A DNA stretch of 63,156 nt from Burkholderiales bacterium (GTDB taxonomy: Bacteria > Pseudomonadota > Gammaproteobacteria > Burkholderiales > SG8-39). Shown piece after piece: positions 47,896 through 56,964 of this stretch. The stretch spans positions 1-63,156 of the forward strand of contig DATILQ010000257.1 of assembly GCA_035476235.1 (NCBI GenBank), written 5' to 3'. Every line of letters begins with the position of its first letter. Within the stretch, counting starts at the first letter, position 1. The notes beneath the pieces were generated by a model, which searched no databases, had not been told where the DNA came from, and was given only the letters and a program-made list of their open reading frames with translations. A program made the translations under genes and the position numbers.

Positions 47896-49140
47896 TCAGC
47901 ATCGCTGGAAGGCTGCGGCGAAGAAGCCGTCGGTGCCGTGCAGGTGCGGCCAGAGTCGCAGCCGCTCACCGGTGTCCAGCGGGATTCGCTGCGCGGCAAG
48001 CAATTCATTGCATGGGAGGGGCGTGAACTCGGGATGCGCGCGGCAGAACGCGTCCGCAATCGCCTCGTTTTCATCCGGCAGAATGCTGCAGGTTGCATAC
48101 ACAAGCCGGCCGCCGGGCTTCACCAGCCGGGCCGCGGCGGCGAGGATGCGGTGCTGCTTTTGGGCGAGCTCGGCGACCGCTTCAGGTCCGTGGCGCCATT
48201 TGAGGTCCGGATTACGCCGCAGGGTGCCGAAACCGCTGCAAGGCGCGTCGACCAGCACACGGTCAAGCTTGCCGGCCAGGCGCTTGGCGCGCGCATCGCT
48301 TTCGCCGGAGAGCACTATCGCATGCACGTTGCTGATGTTCGCACGCGCGGCGCGCAGGGCGAGCGCGGCGAGCCGCTTCGCCGAGACGTCCAGCGCATAG
48401 ATGCGCCCGGTGCCCCGCATCAGCATCGCCATCGCGAGCGTCTTTCCACCGGCTCCCGCGCAGTAATCGGCCACCATCTCGCCGCGGCGCGGTGCAAGCA
48501 GCCAGGCGAGCAGCTGGCTGCCCTCGTCCTGCACCTCGATCAATCCGTCGCGGAACAGAGGATGGCGGTTCACGGGCGGCTTTCCCGATAGGCGGAGGCC
48601 TGCAGGAGAATACGGCGTCGTCGAGGCTGCAATTTCATCCTCGCCCAGGCGAGCCAGCACCGCGTCGCGCGTCACGCGCGCTACGTTGACACGCAAATCG
48701 AGCGGCGCTGCATTGAGCATGCCCTGCGCGATGCGCATGGCCTCGGCATCGCCGTGACCGGCTACCAGCTTGTCCCACAGCCAGTCGGGCAGATCCGCGC
48801 GCACCGCCGCGGGAAAGGATTCCGCGCGCGCGGCACGGATCCGCGCCACCAGCTTCTCTTCAACAAGGCCCTCGAGAGCCCGCCCGGACAGGCCGATGAT
48901 GCGCAGCAGCGCCGCCGCCAGCAGGGCTTCCGGCGCGCTGGAACCGGCAGCCGCTTCGAGCGAGCGCCTGCGGCGCAAAGCGGCAAACGCAGTCTCGGCG
49001 ATGAATGCCCGGTCGTGCTGACCGAGGCTGCGGTGGCCGCGGAAAAACAGCGAAAGTGCATCGTCGGCGGGGCGCGAAAGCTCGAGAAGGCTTGAAAGCG
49101 CGGCGCTCGCCCGCGCCAGAAGCGCCCGTGTAACCCTCAC
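47896..49140 (-). CDS. RsmB/NOP2/Sun-family SAM-dependent RNA (cytosine-C5) methyltransferase
   Basis: It has DYCAGAGGKT (SAM site), DAPCSGFGTLRRNPD (motif IV, Pro-Cys) and YATCS (motif VI, Thr-Cys). Confidence 0.82.
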   Translation of the reverse strand: MRVTRALLARASAALSSLLELSRPADDALSLFFRGHRSLGQHDRAFIAETAFAALRRRRSLEAAAGSSAPEALLAAALLRIIGLSGRALEGLVEEKLVARIRAARAESFPAAVRADLPDWLWDKLVAGHGDAEAMRIAQGMLNAAPLDLRVNVARVTRDAVLARLGEDEIAASTTPYSPAGLRLSGKPPVNRHPLFRDGLIEVQDEGSQLLAWLLAPRRGEMVADYCAGAGGKTLAMAMLMRGTGRIYALDVSAKRLAALALRAARANISNVHAIVLSGESDARAKRLAGKLDRVLVDAPCSGFGTLRRNPDLKWRHGPEAVAELAQKQHRILAAAARLVKPGGRLVYATCSILPDENEAIADAFCRAHPEFTPLPCNELLAAQRIPLDTGERLRLWPHLHGTDGFFAAAFQRC

Positions 49141-49811
49141 GGAGACGAAATTCGGGTGGCTACCTGGTCGAGCCGCGTGCCGTCTTTTCCGACGATGAGC
49201 AGCCGTACGGGGAGAAAATCGCGCTCCTTCGCCAGCCAGAGCTCGGCGCGCTCATTGTTTTCCTTGCGGCGAACGAGCTTGACGGTGTCGAATTCGCCCG
49301 CCGGCGTCATCAGCCGCTCCCCGTTCTCGACGCTATATAGCTGATCGGAAATTCCCTTCCCGTCGATGACATCGAGGGCCACCTGCCCAGCCTGGGGCGG
49401 AACGAACGCAAACTGGTAAAAAAAAGCCAACCGGTCCTGGGGATGCAACGGGAGCGGCAGCGTTTTCGGGTCTCCCTGGTACTGCACCGTGACGGTCTTC
49501 GCGTTCCAATCGAAGGTCGCGCGCTCCGTGTCGCGCCCGGTGCGCCTGTCCGAATATTCCAGCGGCTGCAGACCCTGCGCCGTGATCGCGCCGCGGCTCT
49601 CCCGCCTGATCTTCCCGCGGAGGGAGAACAGACCGCGGCCCCTCCAGGTCTCGATCACCTGGTATGCGCCGCCGGTGTGCTCGAAGCGATGCTCGATATC
49701 TGCAAGCGCCATGCCGTTACGCGTCACCTCGTAGTCGATCTCGACGCGCGCCGGCGGCGCGGCCTGCGCCAGCGCCGCGCCGCTAATCAACAGCAAAAAC
49801 CAGTTGCGCAT
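49137..49811 (-). CDS. DUF3108 domain-containing protein (secreted)
   Basis: It has a signal peptide, beta-rich sequence and the conserved purN-DUF3108-rsmB-like neighbourhood. Confidence 0.65.
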   Translation of the reverse strand: MRNWFLLLISGAALAQAAPPARVEIDYEVTRNGMALADIEHRFEHTGGAYQVIETWRGRGLFSLRGKIRRESRGAITAQGLQPLEYSDRRTGRDTERATFDWNAKTVTVQYQGDPKTLPLPLHPQDRLAFFYQFAFVPPQAGQVALDVIDGKGISDQLYSVENGERLMTPAGEFDTVKLVRRKENNERAELWLAKERDFLPVRLLIVGKDGTRLDQVATRISSP

Positions 49812-50397
49812 CGTTTCCCTTAACGCGGACCCGGTTACCTTCGATGACCAGCCTGTCCTCCAGAAACCAGCGCACGGCGCGCGGATAGATCACATGCTCC
49901 TGCCGCAGCACACGCGCAGCGAGCGTTTCGGCGGTGTCTGCGCTGCGCACCGGCACCGCGGCCTGAATGACGATCGGTCCGTGATCGAGTTCTGCCGTGA
50001 CGAAATGAACGCTGCAGCCATGCACCTTCGCCCCAGCGGCGAGCACACGCTCATGGGTGCGCAGGCCGGGGAACGCGGGCAGCAGCGACGGATGAATATT
50101 GAGCAACTTCTCCTTGTAGCGCACCACAAACCCGGGCGTAAGCACGCGCATGAATCCGGCCAGCACGATCAATCGCGGAGCAACGCGGTCGATCTCGCTG
50201 GCGAGCGCGGTGTCGAATGCCTCCCGACTCGAAAAACGGCGATGCTGGACGATCCGGGTCTCCACGCCCCGCGCGGCCGCGGTTTCGAGGCCCTTGGCTT
50301 CGGCCTCGTTGCTGATGACCGTGGTGATCGGCAGCCCGGCATCGAGCAACGCGTGCATGTTGCTGCCCCGGCCGGAAATGAGCACCGCTACGGACAT
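49783..50397 (-). CDS. purN: Phosphoribosylglycinamide formyltransferase
   Basis: It has VLISGRGSN, LAGFMR.L and NIHPSLLP.F.G. The start is taken at MSVAVLIS. Confidence 0.9.
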   Translation of the reverse strand: MSVAVLISGRGSNMHALLDAGLPITTVISNEAEAKGLETAAARGVETRIVQHRRFSSREAFDTALASEIDRVAPRLIVLAGFMRVLTPGFVVRYKEKLLNIHPSLLPAFPGLRTHERVLAAGAKVHGCSVHFVTAELDHGPIVIQAAVPVRSADTAETLAARVLRQEHVIYPRAVRWFLEDRLVIEGNRVRVKGNDAQLVFAVD

Positions 50398-50404
50398 GAA
50401 TGGC

Positions 50405-51283
50405 TCAGTAGACCCGCGTCGATCGGTAGCCGTCTTCCTCGAGCAGCGCGAGCACGCCCTTGTCACCATACAAGTGCAGCGCGCCGAGCGCGACGAAGGC
50501 TGCGCCGCGCCGCAATTCCCGCTGCATGCGGAAGGCCATCACGACGCTGCGATCGTGGACCACGCGCTTCGTCATCACCGCCTGGTGCGCAGCGATCTCG
50601 GGGTGGCGGACCATGAATTTCTCGCGCAGCTCCCAGATCGCTGCCAGATCACGCATCAAGTAAGCGTCCAGCGTGCGTTCCGCGAGCACGAGCAGCTCAT
50701 CGCGATGGGTCAGGCTGTGTTTCAGGAGCGCGACTTGCGATTCCATCGGGAACTCGTCAAAAGTGAAAATCTGCTCCTCGACCTCCTCGATTTGCAAAAG
50801 TGGAATGCGGCGGGCGCGCGCGAGCGCGAACAGCTGGACGTCGAGCGGCGAACCGTCCTTCCCGGCGGCGCTGCGCAAGTTGACGAGCACCCCCCAGGGC
50901 TTGAGCCTGTTGACGAACTCGCGCGATAACCCGATCGGCTGCAGGTACTCCACTGCGCGCTGGAAGTCCTCTGTCCCGATCTTCTGCTCCAGCGTCTGGT
51001 GATCGAGGAACAGCGCCGCTTCCAGGAAGCGCTCCCTGCTGTACGGATCGGGCATGAATTCCAGCAGCAGGCTCTTCGCACCGTCGAAGGCCCCGCGCAC
51101 TGCAGGAGGCAGCTCGTCGAGCCGCGGGTCTGCTACGTGGATGGTGCCGAACACGTGGCTGGGCGCGACGCCTCTCTTCGACACGCGCCAGAGCAAGCCG
51201 CGCGCGAAGCGCTCCTCCGGCGCGGCCCATGCCGGAACGGCAGAAAGCGAAAGGCTCGAAAGAAGAAAGCCGCGTCGATTCAT
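50405..51283 (-). CDS. TraB/GumN family protein (secreted)
   Basis: A signal peptide is followed by [17 protein letters not shown], and then the late GALHL.G..G.L motif. Confidence 0.75.
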   Translation of the reverse strand: MNRRGFLLSSLSLSAVPAWAAPEERFARGLLWRVSKRGVAPSHVFGTIHVADPRLDELPPAVRGAFDGAKSLLLEFMPDPYSRERFLEAALFLDHQTLEQKIGTEDFQRAVEYLQPIGLSREFVNRLKPWGVLVNLRSAAGKDGSPLDVQLFALARARRIPLLQIEEVEEQIFTFDEFPMESQVALLKHSLTHRDELLVLAERTLDAYLMRDLAAIWELREKFMVRHPEIAAHQAVMTKRVVHDRSVVMAFRMQRELRRGAAFVALGALHLYGDKGVLALLEEDGYRSTRVY

Positions 51284-52674
51284 GACCCGGGGCCGATCAT
51301 CGCCTCAGGGCGTACCCAGCGGTCGAAATCGTCGGCCTTGACGTAGCCGAGCGCGAGCGCCGCCTCGCGCAACGTGGTGCCGTCGCGATGCGCCTTCTTC
51401 GCGATTTCCGCGGCGCGGTCATAACCGATGTGCGGCGACAGCGCCGTGACCAGCATCAGCGATCGCTCCACCAGCTCGCGGATGCGGGGCTCATTGGCTT
51501 CGATACCGCGCGCACAGTGCTCGTCGAAAGAACGCGAGCCGTCGGCGAGAAGCCGCGCGCTCTGCAGGAACGCGTGCACGATCAGCGGCTTGTACACGTT
51601 CAGCTCAAGCTGACCGGAGGACGCGCCGACGCCGAGCGCGACGTCGTTGCCCATCACCCGGGCGCACAGCATGGTGAGCGCTTCCGCCTGCGTTGGATTG
51701 GCCTTCCCCGGCATGATGGAGCTGCCCGGCTCGTTTTCCGGGATGCGCAGCTCGCCGAGGCCGGATCGCGGCCCCGAGACGAGCAGCCGCACGTCATTTG
51801 CCAGCTTGTTAAGGGCGGCGGCGAGCGTTTTCAGCGCCCCATGGGCGAAGACCAGGGGCTCGTGCCCCGCAAGCGCCGCGAATTTGTTCGGCGCGGATAC
51901 AAACGGCAGGCCGGTGTCGCGCGAGAGCCGTTCGCAGACGCGGTCGGCGAATTGCGGGTGCGTGTTCAGCCCCGTGCCGACGGCGGTTCCGCCGATCGCG
52001 AGCTGATAGAGCCCCGGTAATGCGTCGCGCATGGCCCCCGCTGCCAGCTCGAGCTGAGCGACGTAGCCTGAGAATTCCTGGCCGAGCGTGAGGGGGGTCG
52101 CGTCCTGCAGGTGAGTGCGGCCGATTTTGACGATGCGATCGAAGGCGGCTTGCTTGGCCGCGAGCGTTGCGGCAAGCCGCTGCACCGCGGGCAGCACGTC
52201 GTCGCGCAGCGCGCGCGCGGCGGCAATGTGCATGGCGGTAGGGAATACGTCGTTCGACGACTGGCCGAGATTGACGTCATCGTTCGGATGCACGAGGCGC
52301 TTGGCGCCGCGCTCGCCGCCGAGCAGCTCCGAAGCGCGGTTGGCGAGAACCTCGTTGACGTTCATGTTGCTTTGCGTGCCCGAGCCGGTCTGCCAGACGA
52401 CGAGCGGGAATTCCTCGTCGTGCTTACCGTCGAGCACCTCCTGGGCCGCGCGCTGAATGGCGTCGCACTTGGCTCTATCTAGCAGGCCGAGCTCGGCGTT
52501 CACTGCGGCCGCGGCCTTCTTGACCAGCGCCAACGCATACACCACGGCGAGCGGCATGCGCTCGCTGGAGATGCGGAAAAAACGCCGCGAGCGCTCGGTC
52601 TGTGCACCCCACAGCCGATCGGCCGGGACCTCGATCGGGCCGAAGCTGTCCTTCTCGATGCGGCTGCCGCTCAT
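51280..52674 (-). CDS. fumC: Class II fumarate hydratase
   Basis: It has the [13 protein letters not shown] signature. The size is 464 aa. Confidence 0.95.
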   Translation of the reverse strand: MSGSRIEKDSFGPIEVPADRLWGAQTERSRRFFRISSERMPLAVVYALALVKKAAAAVNAELGLLDRAKCDAIQRAAQEVLDGKHDEEFPLVVWQTGSGTQSNMNVNEVLANRASELLGGERGAKRLVHPNDDVNLGQSSNDVFPTAMHIAAARALRDDVLPAVQRLAATLAAKQAAFDRIVKIGRTHLQDATPLTLGQEFSGYVAQLELAAGAMRDALPGLYQLAIGGTAVGTGLNTHPQFADRVCERLSRDTGLPFVSAPNKFAALAGHEPLVFAHGALKTLAAALNKLANDVRLLVSGPRSGLGELRIPENEPGSSIMPGKANPTQAEALTMLCARVMGNDVALGVGASSGQLELNVYKPLIVHAFLQSARLLADGSRSFDEHCARGIEANEPRIRELVERSLMLVTALSPHIGYDRAAEIAKKAHRDGTTLREAALALGYVKADDFDRWVRPEAMIGPGS

Positions 52675-52687
52675 CGCGGCGGTAATG

Positions 52688-53089
52688 TTACTTCTTCAGC
52701 AGTTCCGTGGCCTCTGCCTCTTTCGAGTCCTTGTTCTGGTTCCTGATTTCCTCGTGCACCTTGGCCATGTCGAGCGACTTGGCCTGCGTGATCACCTGAT
52801 CGAGCGCAGTCCCGGGCAGTGCGCCCGCCTGCTGGAACAGGATGACTTTGTCGCGGAACACCATCAGGGTGGGAATCGAGCGAATCCCGAAGGCGCCGGC
52901 CAACTCCTGCTCCTCGTCGGTGTTCACCTTGGCGAACACCACGTCCGGATACGCCTCGGACGCCTTCTCGTACACCGGAGCGAAGCCTTTGCAGGGACCG
53001 CACCATGGCGCCCAGAAGTCGACGATCACCAGCGGGTTTTCGTTGACGGTCTTCTCGAAATTCTCCTGGGTGAGATCCATCGTCGCCAT
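52688..53089 (-). CDS. Thioredoxin with a Lys/Glu-rich C-terminal extension of about 25 aa
   Basis: It has the WAPWCGPCK active site. The start is at [11 protein letters not shown] (53089). Confidence 0.85.
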   Translation of the reverse strand: MATMDLTQENFEKTVNENPLVIVDFWAPWCGPCKGFAPVYEKASEAYPDVVFAKVNTDEEQELAGAFGIRSIPTLMVFRDKVILFQQAGALPGTALDQVITQAKSLDMAKVHEEIRNQNKDSKEAEATELLKK

Positions 53090-53133
53090 CGCGGCCCTCT
53101 CGGAAAAAAGCGTGCAGTGTACTCTAGACACCC

Positions 53134-53988
53134 ATGTATGCAGGCCGGTTCGCGCCGTCTCCCACCGGGCCGCTGCACTTCGGCTCGCTGGTCGCCGCGC
53201 TCGCCAGCTGGCTCGATGCGCGCGCGGCGGGCGGACGCTGGCAGCTGCGCATCGAGGATTTGGACCCGCCGCGCGAGCAGCCCGGCGCCGCCGGCCAGAT
53301 CTTGCGTGCGCTCGAAAGCCTCGGGCTTGAGTGGGATGGGCCCGTGGCCTATCAAAGCCGGCGCCGCATGCTCTACCGCGACGCGCTCGAAAGACTTGCC
53401 GGCAAGACATATGCCTGCGGCTGCAGCAGAAAAGAGGTCGCCGATTCCGCCCTCGGTATGAACTCGGCCGGCGTTTATCCCGGGACCTGCCGCAATGGCC
53501 TGCCGGCCGGGAAGACCCCTCGGGCCTTGCGCATGAGGACCACGGCCGAGCCGATTCGTTTCGTGGACCGTGTGCAAGGCGATATCGAGCAGTCGGTGGA
53601 ACGCGACGTCGGCGATTTTATCGTGTGCCGCGCCGACGGCCAGTTCGCATACCAGTTGGCAGTGGTGGTTGACGACGCCGAGCAAGGTATTACCGACGTA
53701 GTACGCGGTGCCGACTTGCTCGACTCCACGGCGAGGCAGATTTATCTGCAACGCCTGCTCGGCTACCCGACGCCGCGCTATCTTCACGTCCCGGTTGCGG
53801 TGAACGCCATCGGCGAAAAGCTCTCCAAGCAGACGGGAGCGCCGGCGATCGAGCTGACTAGCGCCGAGGACCAACTGCGCGGGGCCCTCGCCTTTCTTGG
53901 CCAGCCGGAAGCAGCGAATCTGCGCGAAGCGGCTCACAACTGGGACCCGGGACGCATTCCCGCGAGGCGAATGGTGGCGGTGGAATGA
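53134..53988 (+). CDS. gluQ: tRNA glutamyl-Q(34) synthetase (GluRS paralogue)
   Basis: It has GRFAPSPTGPLHFGSL (HIGH-type), four Zn-ligand-like Cys/Tyr residues (CGC....YPGTC), and KLSKQ. The size is 284 aa with no anticodon domain. Confidence 0.85.
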   Translation: MYAGRFAPSPTGPLHFGSLVAALASWLDARAAGGRWQLRIEDLDPPREQPGAAGQILRALESLGLEWDGPVAYQSRRRMLYRDALERLAGKTYACGCSRKEVADSALGMNSAGVYPGTCRNGLPAGKTPRALRMRTTAEPIRFVDRVQGDIEQSVERDVGDFIVCRADGQFAYQLAVVVDDAEQGITDVVRGADLLDSTARQIYLQRLLGYPTPRYLHVPVAVNAIGEKLSKQTGAPAIELTSAEDQLRGALAFLGQPEAANLREAAHNWDPGRIPARRMVAVE

Positions 53989-53992
53989 AGAT

Positions 53993-54892
53993 CTATCGCA
54001 CCTGACGCGCCGGGATAACGACCGTCAGCAGCGAGCCGAGCACCAGCAACAGCGCAGCGTATTCTGCCCAGGTGGGGCGCTCGCCGAGAAACAGCATTCC
54101 GCTGAGGACCCCGACCACCGGAATCATCAGCATGCTGAGCGAGAACACCGTAACGCTGACCGACGTGGCGATCTTGATCCACGCCCAGTGCGCCCAAGCA
54201 AACGCAATGAGCACGTTATAGGCAATGCCGAGAGCCGCCTCAGAGCGCACTTCCTTCAGTGCGCCGAAATCGTCGAAAACTAGCGCGCCAATGAAAATCG
54301 GTAGGCCACCGAAAAGCATGATCCAGGCGGTGTAGGGCCCAGCGGGCATCGACATCGGGTAGCGCTTCTGCAGGATCACGCCCAGTGCCCAGCTGGCTGC
54401 CGCGCCCAGCACGAGCAGCGAGCCGAGCGGCGCTTTCCCCAGGCTGACGATCCCTTCGCCGAGCAGCAGCACCAGGCCCGTCATGCCGAGCGCCAGACCG
54501 ATGAGCTTGGCGCTCGTCAGGCGCTCGCCGAGCAGCCAAACGGACAAGGGAATCGCGAGCGCCGGCATGGTGTACGCGAGAATCGCCGCCCGGCCCGAGG
54601 GAATCATGGTCAGGCCGAAGGCCACTAGAACGTTCCAGCAGGTGATGTTGAAAAAGGCCAGCGCCGCCAGTCTTCCCCACTGGCGTTTCGGTACCCCCAG
54701 ACGCTGGCCGCCGGCGCGCAACACCAGGAACAGCACCGCCGAGCCAAGGCCGAGGCAAAGCGTGCGAAACGTCCACGGTGACACGTCGCCCAGCGCGACC
54801 TTCATGGCCGTCCAGTTGAATCCCCACGCGAGCGTGAGTCCGGCAAGCAGCCACCAGAGCCGCTGCGGCAGGTGGTCCGGCTCTGCGCTCAC
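53993..54892 (-). CDS. EamA/DMT-family transporter
   Basis: It has ten TM helices in two EamA repeats. The GTG at 54892 overlaps the P450 TGA (GTGA). The ATG at 54949 is an alternative start. Confidence 0.75.
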   Translation of the reverse strand: MSAEPDHLPQRLWWLLAGLTLAWGFNWTAMKVALGDVSPWTFRTLCLGLGSAVLFLVLRAGGQRLGVPKRQWGRLAALAFFNITCWNVLVAFGLTMIPSGRAAILAYTMPALAIPLSVWLLGERLTSAKLIGLALGMTGLVLLLGEGIVSLGKAPLGSLLVLGAAASWALGVILQKRYPMSMPAGPYTAWIMLFGGLPIFIGALVFDDFGALKEVRSEAALGIAYNVLIAFAWAHWAWIKIATSVSVTVFSLSMLMIPVVGVLSGMLFLGERPTWAEYAALLLVLGSLLTVVIPARQVR

Positions 54893-56100
54893 GCCGTCGC
54901 GACCAGTGGCATAGCCTTCATTCCGCGCAGAACCATCGAGTCGAGCCAATCGAGCCGCTCGCGGGCCAGCTCGATGTGGCGCCAGCGCTTGAGCACCGCA
55001 GGAAGCGCGATCTGACCTTCCAGCCGGGCGAGCGGGAAGCCCAGGCAGATGTGCGCGCCGAAGCCGAAGGTCAGATGCGGCACACCGCTGCGCGACAAAT
55101 CGAGCCGATCAGGCTGCGGATAGGCGCGCTCATCGCGGTTCGCCGCGTTCATCATCAGGAATACGCGCTCCCCGTGCCGCATCGTGCGGCCATGCAGCAC
55201 TTGATCGTCCTGGACGATGCGCACCTGTGCACCGATCGGCCCGTCGTAGCGCAGTAGCTCTTCCACCGCAGCGGGTGCAATGCCCGGGGTCTCGCGCCAT
55301 CGTTGCTGCTCGCCGGGAAAACGCAGCAGCGCGAGCAGCCCGTTGGCGATATGGTGCGTGGTGGTCTCGTGCCCGGCAAACAGCAGGAGCACGCAAGTCG
55401 CGACCAGCTCGTCATCGGTGAGACGGTCGCCATCCTCCTCGAGATTGACCAGCTCTGTCAGCAGGTCCTCTCGCGGCAGGGCACGGCGTGAGGCGATCAG
55501 CTCGCGGAACAGATGCGCCATTTCCTTGGTCGCTGCCTCGGCGCGGCCGTATTTCTCCGGCGTATCGCGCGCGCTGCCGATAAACAGCGCCATCTCGTCG
55601 GACAGATGCTTCAGGCGCGGCAGCTCGCTGTGGGGCACGCCGAGCATGTCCATGATCACCAGAGCCGGCAAGGGGCCGGCGAACTCGGCGATGAAGTCGA
55701 ATTCTTCGCGCTCGCCGATCCGCTCAAGAAGCCACGTGATGAGCGCCTCCACGTTTGGACGCAGGGCGTGGATGGAGCGCACGTTGAAGACCTTGCTCGC
55801 CAGGCGGCGAAGGCGTGTGTGCTCCGGCGGATCGCGGAACACCATCCATAGCGTCAGAACGCGCATCAACTGTGCGATGCGTTCGGCTTCCCTCGAAGAC
55901 CGGGTTGCAAAAAACGGGCGTAGCCGGTCCGAGGACATCCGGCTATCCAGGCATACTCGCTTGACGTCCTCGTAGCGCGTCAGCACCCAGGCCTTGAGGA
56001 CTGGGCTCCAATGCGCCGGGTCCTCGTCGCGCATGCGTTGGTAAAGCGGGAACGGATCCGCCAGTACCGACGGGTCGCTCGGACGGTAGTCGATGCTCAT
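54889..56100 (-). CDS. Cytochrome P450
   Basis: It has the heme-thiolate loop FGFGAHICLGFPLA, ExxR (VEELLR) and the I-helix AGHETT. The start is taken at MSIDYRPSDP. Confidence 0.85.
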   Translation of the reverse strand: MSIDYRPSDPSVLADPFPLYQRMRDEDPAHWSPVLKAWVLTRYEDVKRVCLDSRMSSDRLRPFFATRSSREAERIAQLMRVLTLWMVFRDPPEHTRLRRLASKVFNVRSIHALRPNVEALITWLLERIGEREEFDFIAEFAGPLPALVIMDMLGVPHSELPRLKHLSDEMALFIGSARDTPEKYGRAEAATKEMAHLFRELIASRRALPREDLLTELVNLEEDGDRLTDDELVATCVLLLFAGHETTTHHIANGLLALLRFPGEQQRWRETPGIAPAAVEELLRYDGPIGAQVRIVQDDQVLHGRTMRHGERVFLMMNAANRDERAYPQPDRLDLSRSGVPHLTFGFGAHICLGFPLARLEGQIALPAVLKRWRHIELARERLDWLDSMVLRGMKAMPLVATA

Positions 56101-56251
56101 CTCTTGGCTGCCAGACCGACAGCATAGCGGGCACATGCCGGCGGCCGTGGCGGGGGTAAAAGTGGCAGCTTCTGCGGAAGGGAGCACTAACTCTTGATTG
56201 TGCGACACATCAATTGGGCTACATTGCTATGCACAAGCCTCTTGACTTTGG

Positions 56252-56279
56252 ACATGATTGGCCTAGAATTCGTTTTGCT
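56252..56279 (+). promoter_or_regulatory. Candidate sigma70 promoter of the phasin gene (TTGACT-16-TAGAAT)
   Basis: Read directly from the sequence. The predicted TSS falls inside a TTGCTGCATTGCACAA motif. Confidence 0.45.
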
Positions 56280-56312
56280 GCATTGCACAAAACCAGACCA
56301 GGAGCCAGGAAA

Positions 56313-56855
56313 ATGTACGTGACACCGGAACAGATTCAAGCGGCCAACAAGGCCAATGTAGAAACACTTCTTGCCGTCGCCAACACCCAGTTCACTGCGC
56401 TAGAAAAGCTGGCGAACATCCAGGCGAGCGCGGTTAAGAGCGCGTTCGAAGACAGCGTTGCCAACGCCCGCGCGCTGCTCGGCGCGAAGGATGTCCAGGA
56501 GTTCGTTACGCTGCAGAACTCATTTACCCAGCCCGCCATCGAGAAGGCGATCGCCTACTCGAAGAGCGTGTACGAAGTCGCGACCGAGGCGAATGCCGAG
56601 TTGTCGAAGGTGGCGGAGCGCCGTGTCGCCGAATGGAATGAGAACTTCGTGACATTGCTCGATAAGGTTTCGAAGAACGCGCCGGCCGGCTCGGACGTCG
56701 CAGTCGCCGCGGTGAAGTCAATGCTGGCCGCCGCGAATTCGGCCTACGACAACCTCAGCAAGGTCGCGAAGCAAGCGACCGAGATCGCCGAGGCGAACGT
56801 TGCTGCCGCGACCGAGACTGTAAAAGGCCTCGCAAAGCCAAAAAAGGCCGCGTAA
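56313..56855 (+). CDS. phaP: Phasin family protein (PHA granule-associated)
   Basis: It is an Ala-rich amphipathic helical protein of 180 aa. Its N-terminus (TPEQIQAANKANVETLLAVANTQFTALEKLANIQ) is typical of the betaproteobacterial phasin family. A GGAG lies 9 nt upstream of the ATG. Confidence 0.8.
   Translation: MYVTPEQIQAANKANVETLLAVANTQFTALEKLANIQASAVKSAFEDSVANARALLGAKDVQEFVTLQNSFTQPAIEKAIAYSKSVYEVATEANAELSKVAERRVAEWNENFVTLLDKVSKNAPAGSDVAVAAVKSMLAAANSAYDNLSKVAKQATEIAEANVAAATETVKGLAKPKKAA
56840..56846 (+). other. A_AAA_AAG heptamer in the phasin zero frame (dnaX-type -1 slippery sequence)
   Basis: The phasin codons read ..CCA AAA AAG GCC GCG TAA. The -1 frame from 56846 stays open for 30 codons. 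Confidence 0.3.
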
Positions 56856-56940
56856 GCGCCAAACCGGGCAAGAACACCAACGCCCGATCTAGCGCGAAGC
56901 GCAGCCGGACAAAGGCTGCCAGGTCTAAGAAGAAGTAAGG

Positions 56941-56963
56941 AAGCCCCGCTTAATGCGGGGCTT
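56941..56963. terminator. Hairpin terminator between the convergent phasin and cinA-like genes
   Basis: The stem AAGCCCCGC / GCGGGGCTT has a TTAAT loop. TTTT follows on the plus strand. Confidence 0.7.
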
Positions 56964-56964
56964 T

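Noticed and set aside
49417-49424. An A8 (T8 on the coding strand) homopolymer inside the DUF3108 gene, unusual in this G+C-rich genome.
   Set aside because: It encodes Phe-Phe within an intact, full-length ORF. There is no alternative open frame or truncated variant to suggest phase variation.
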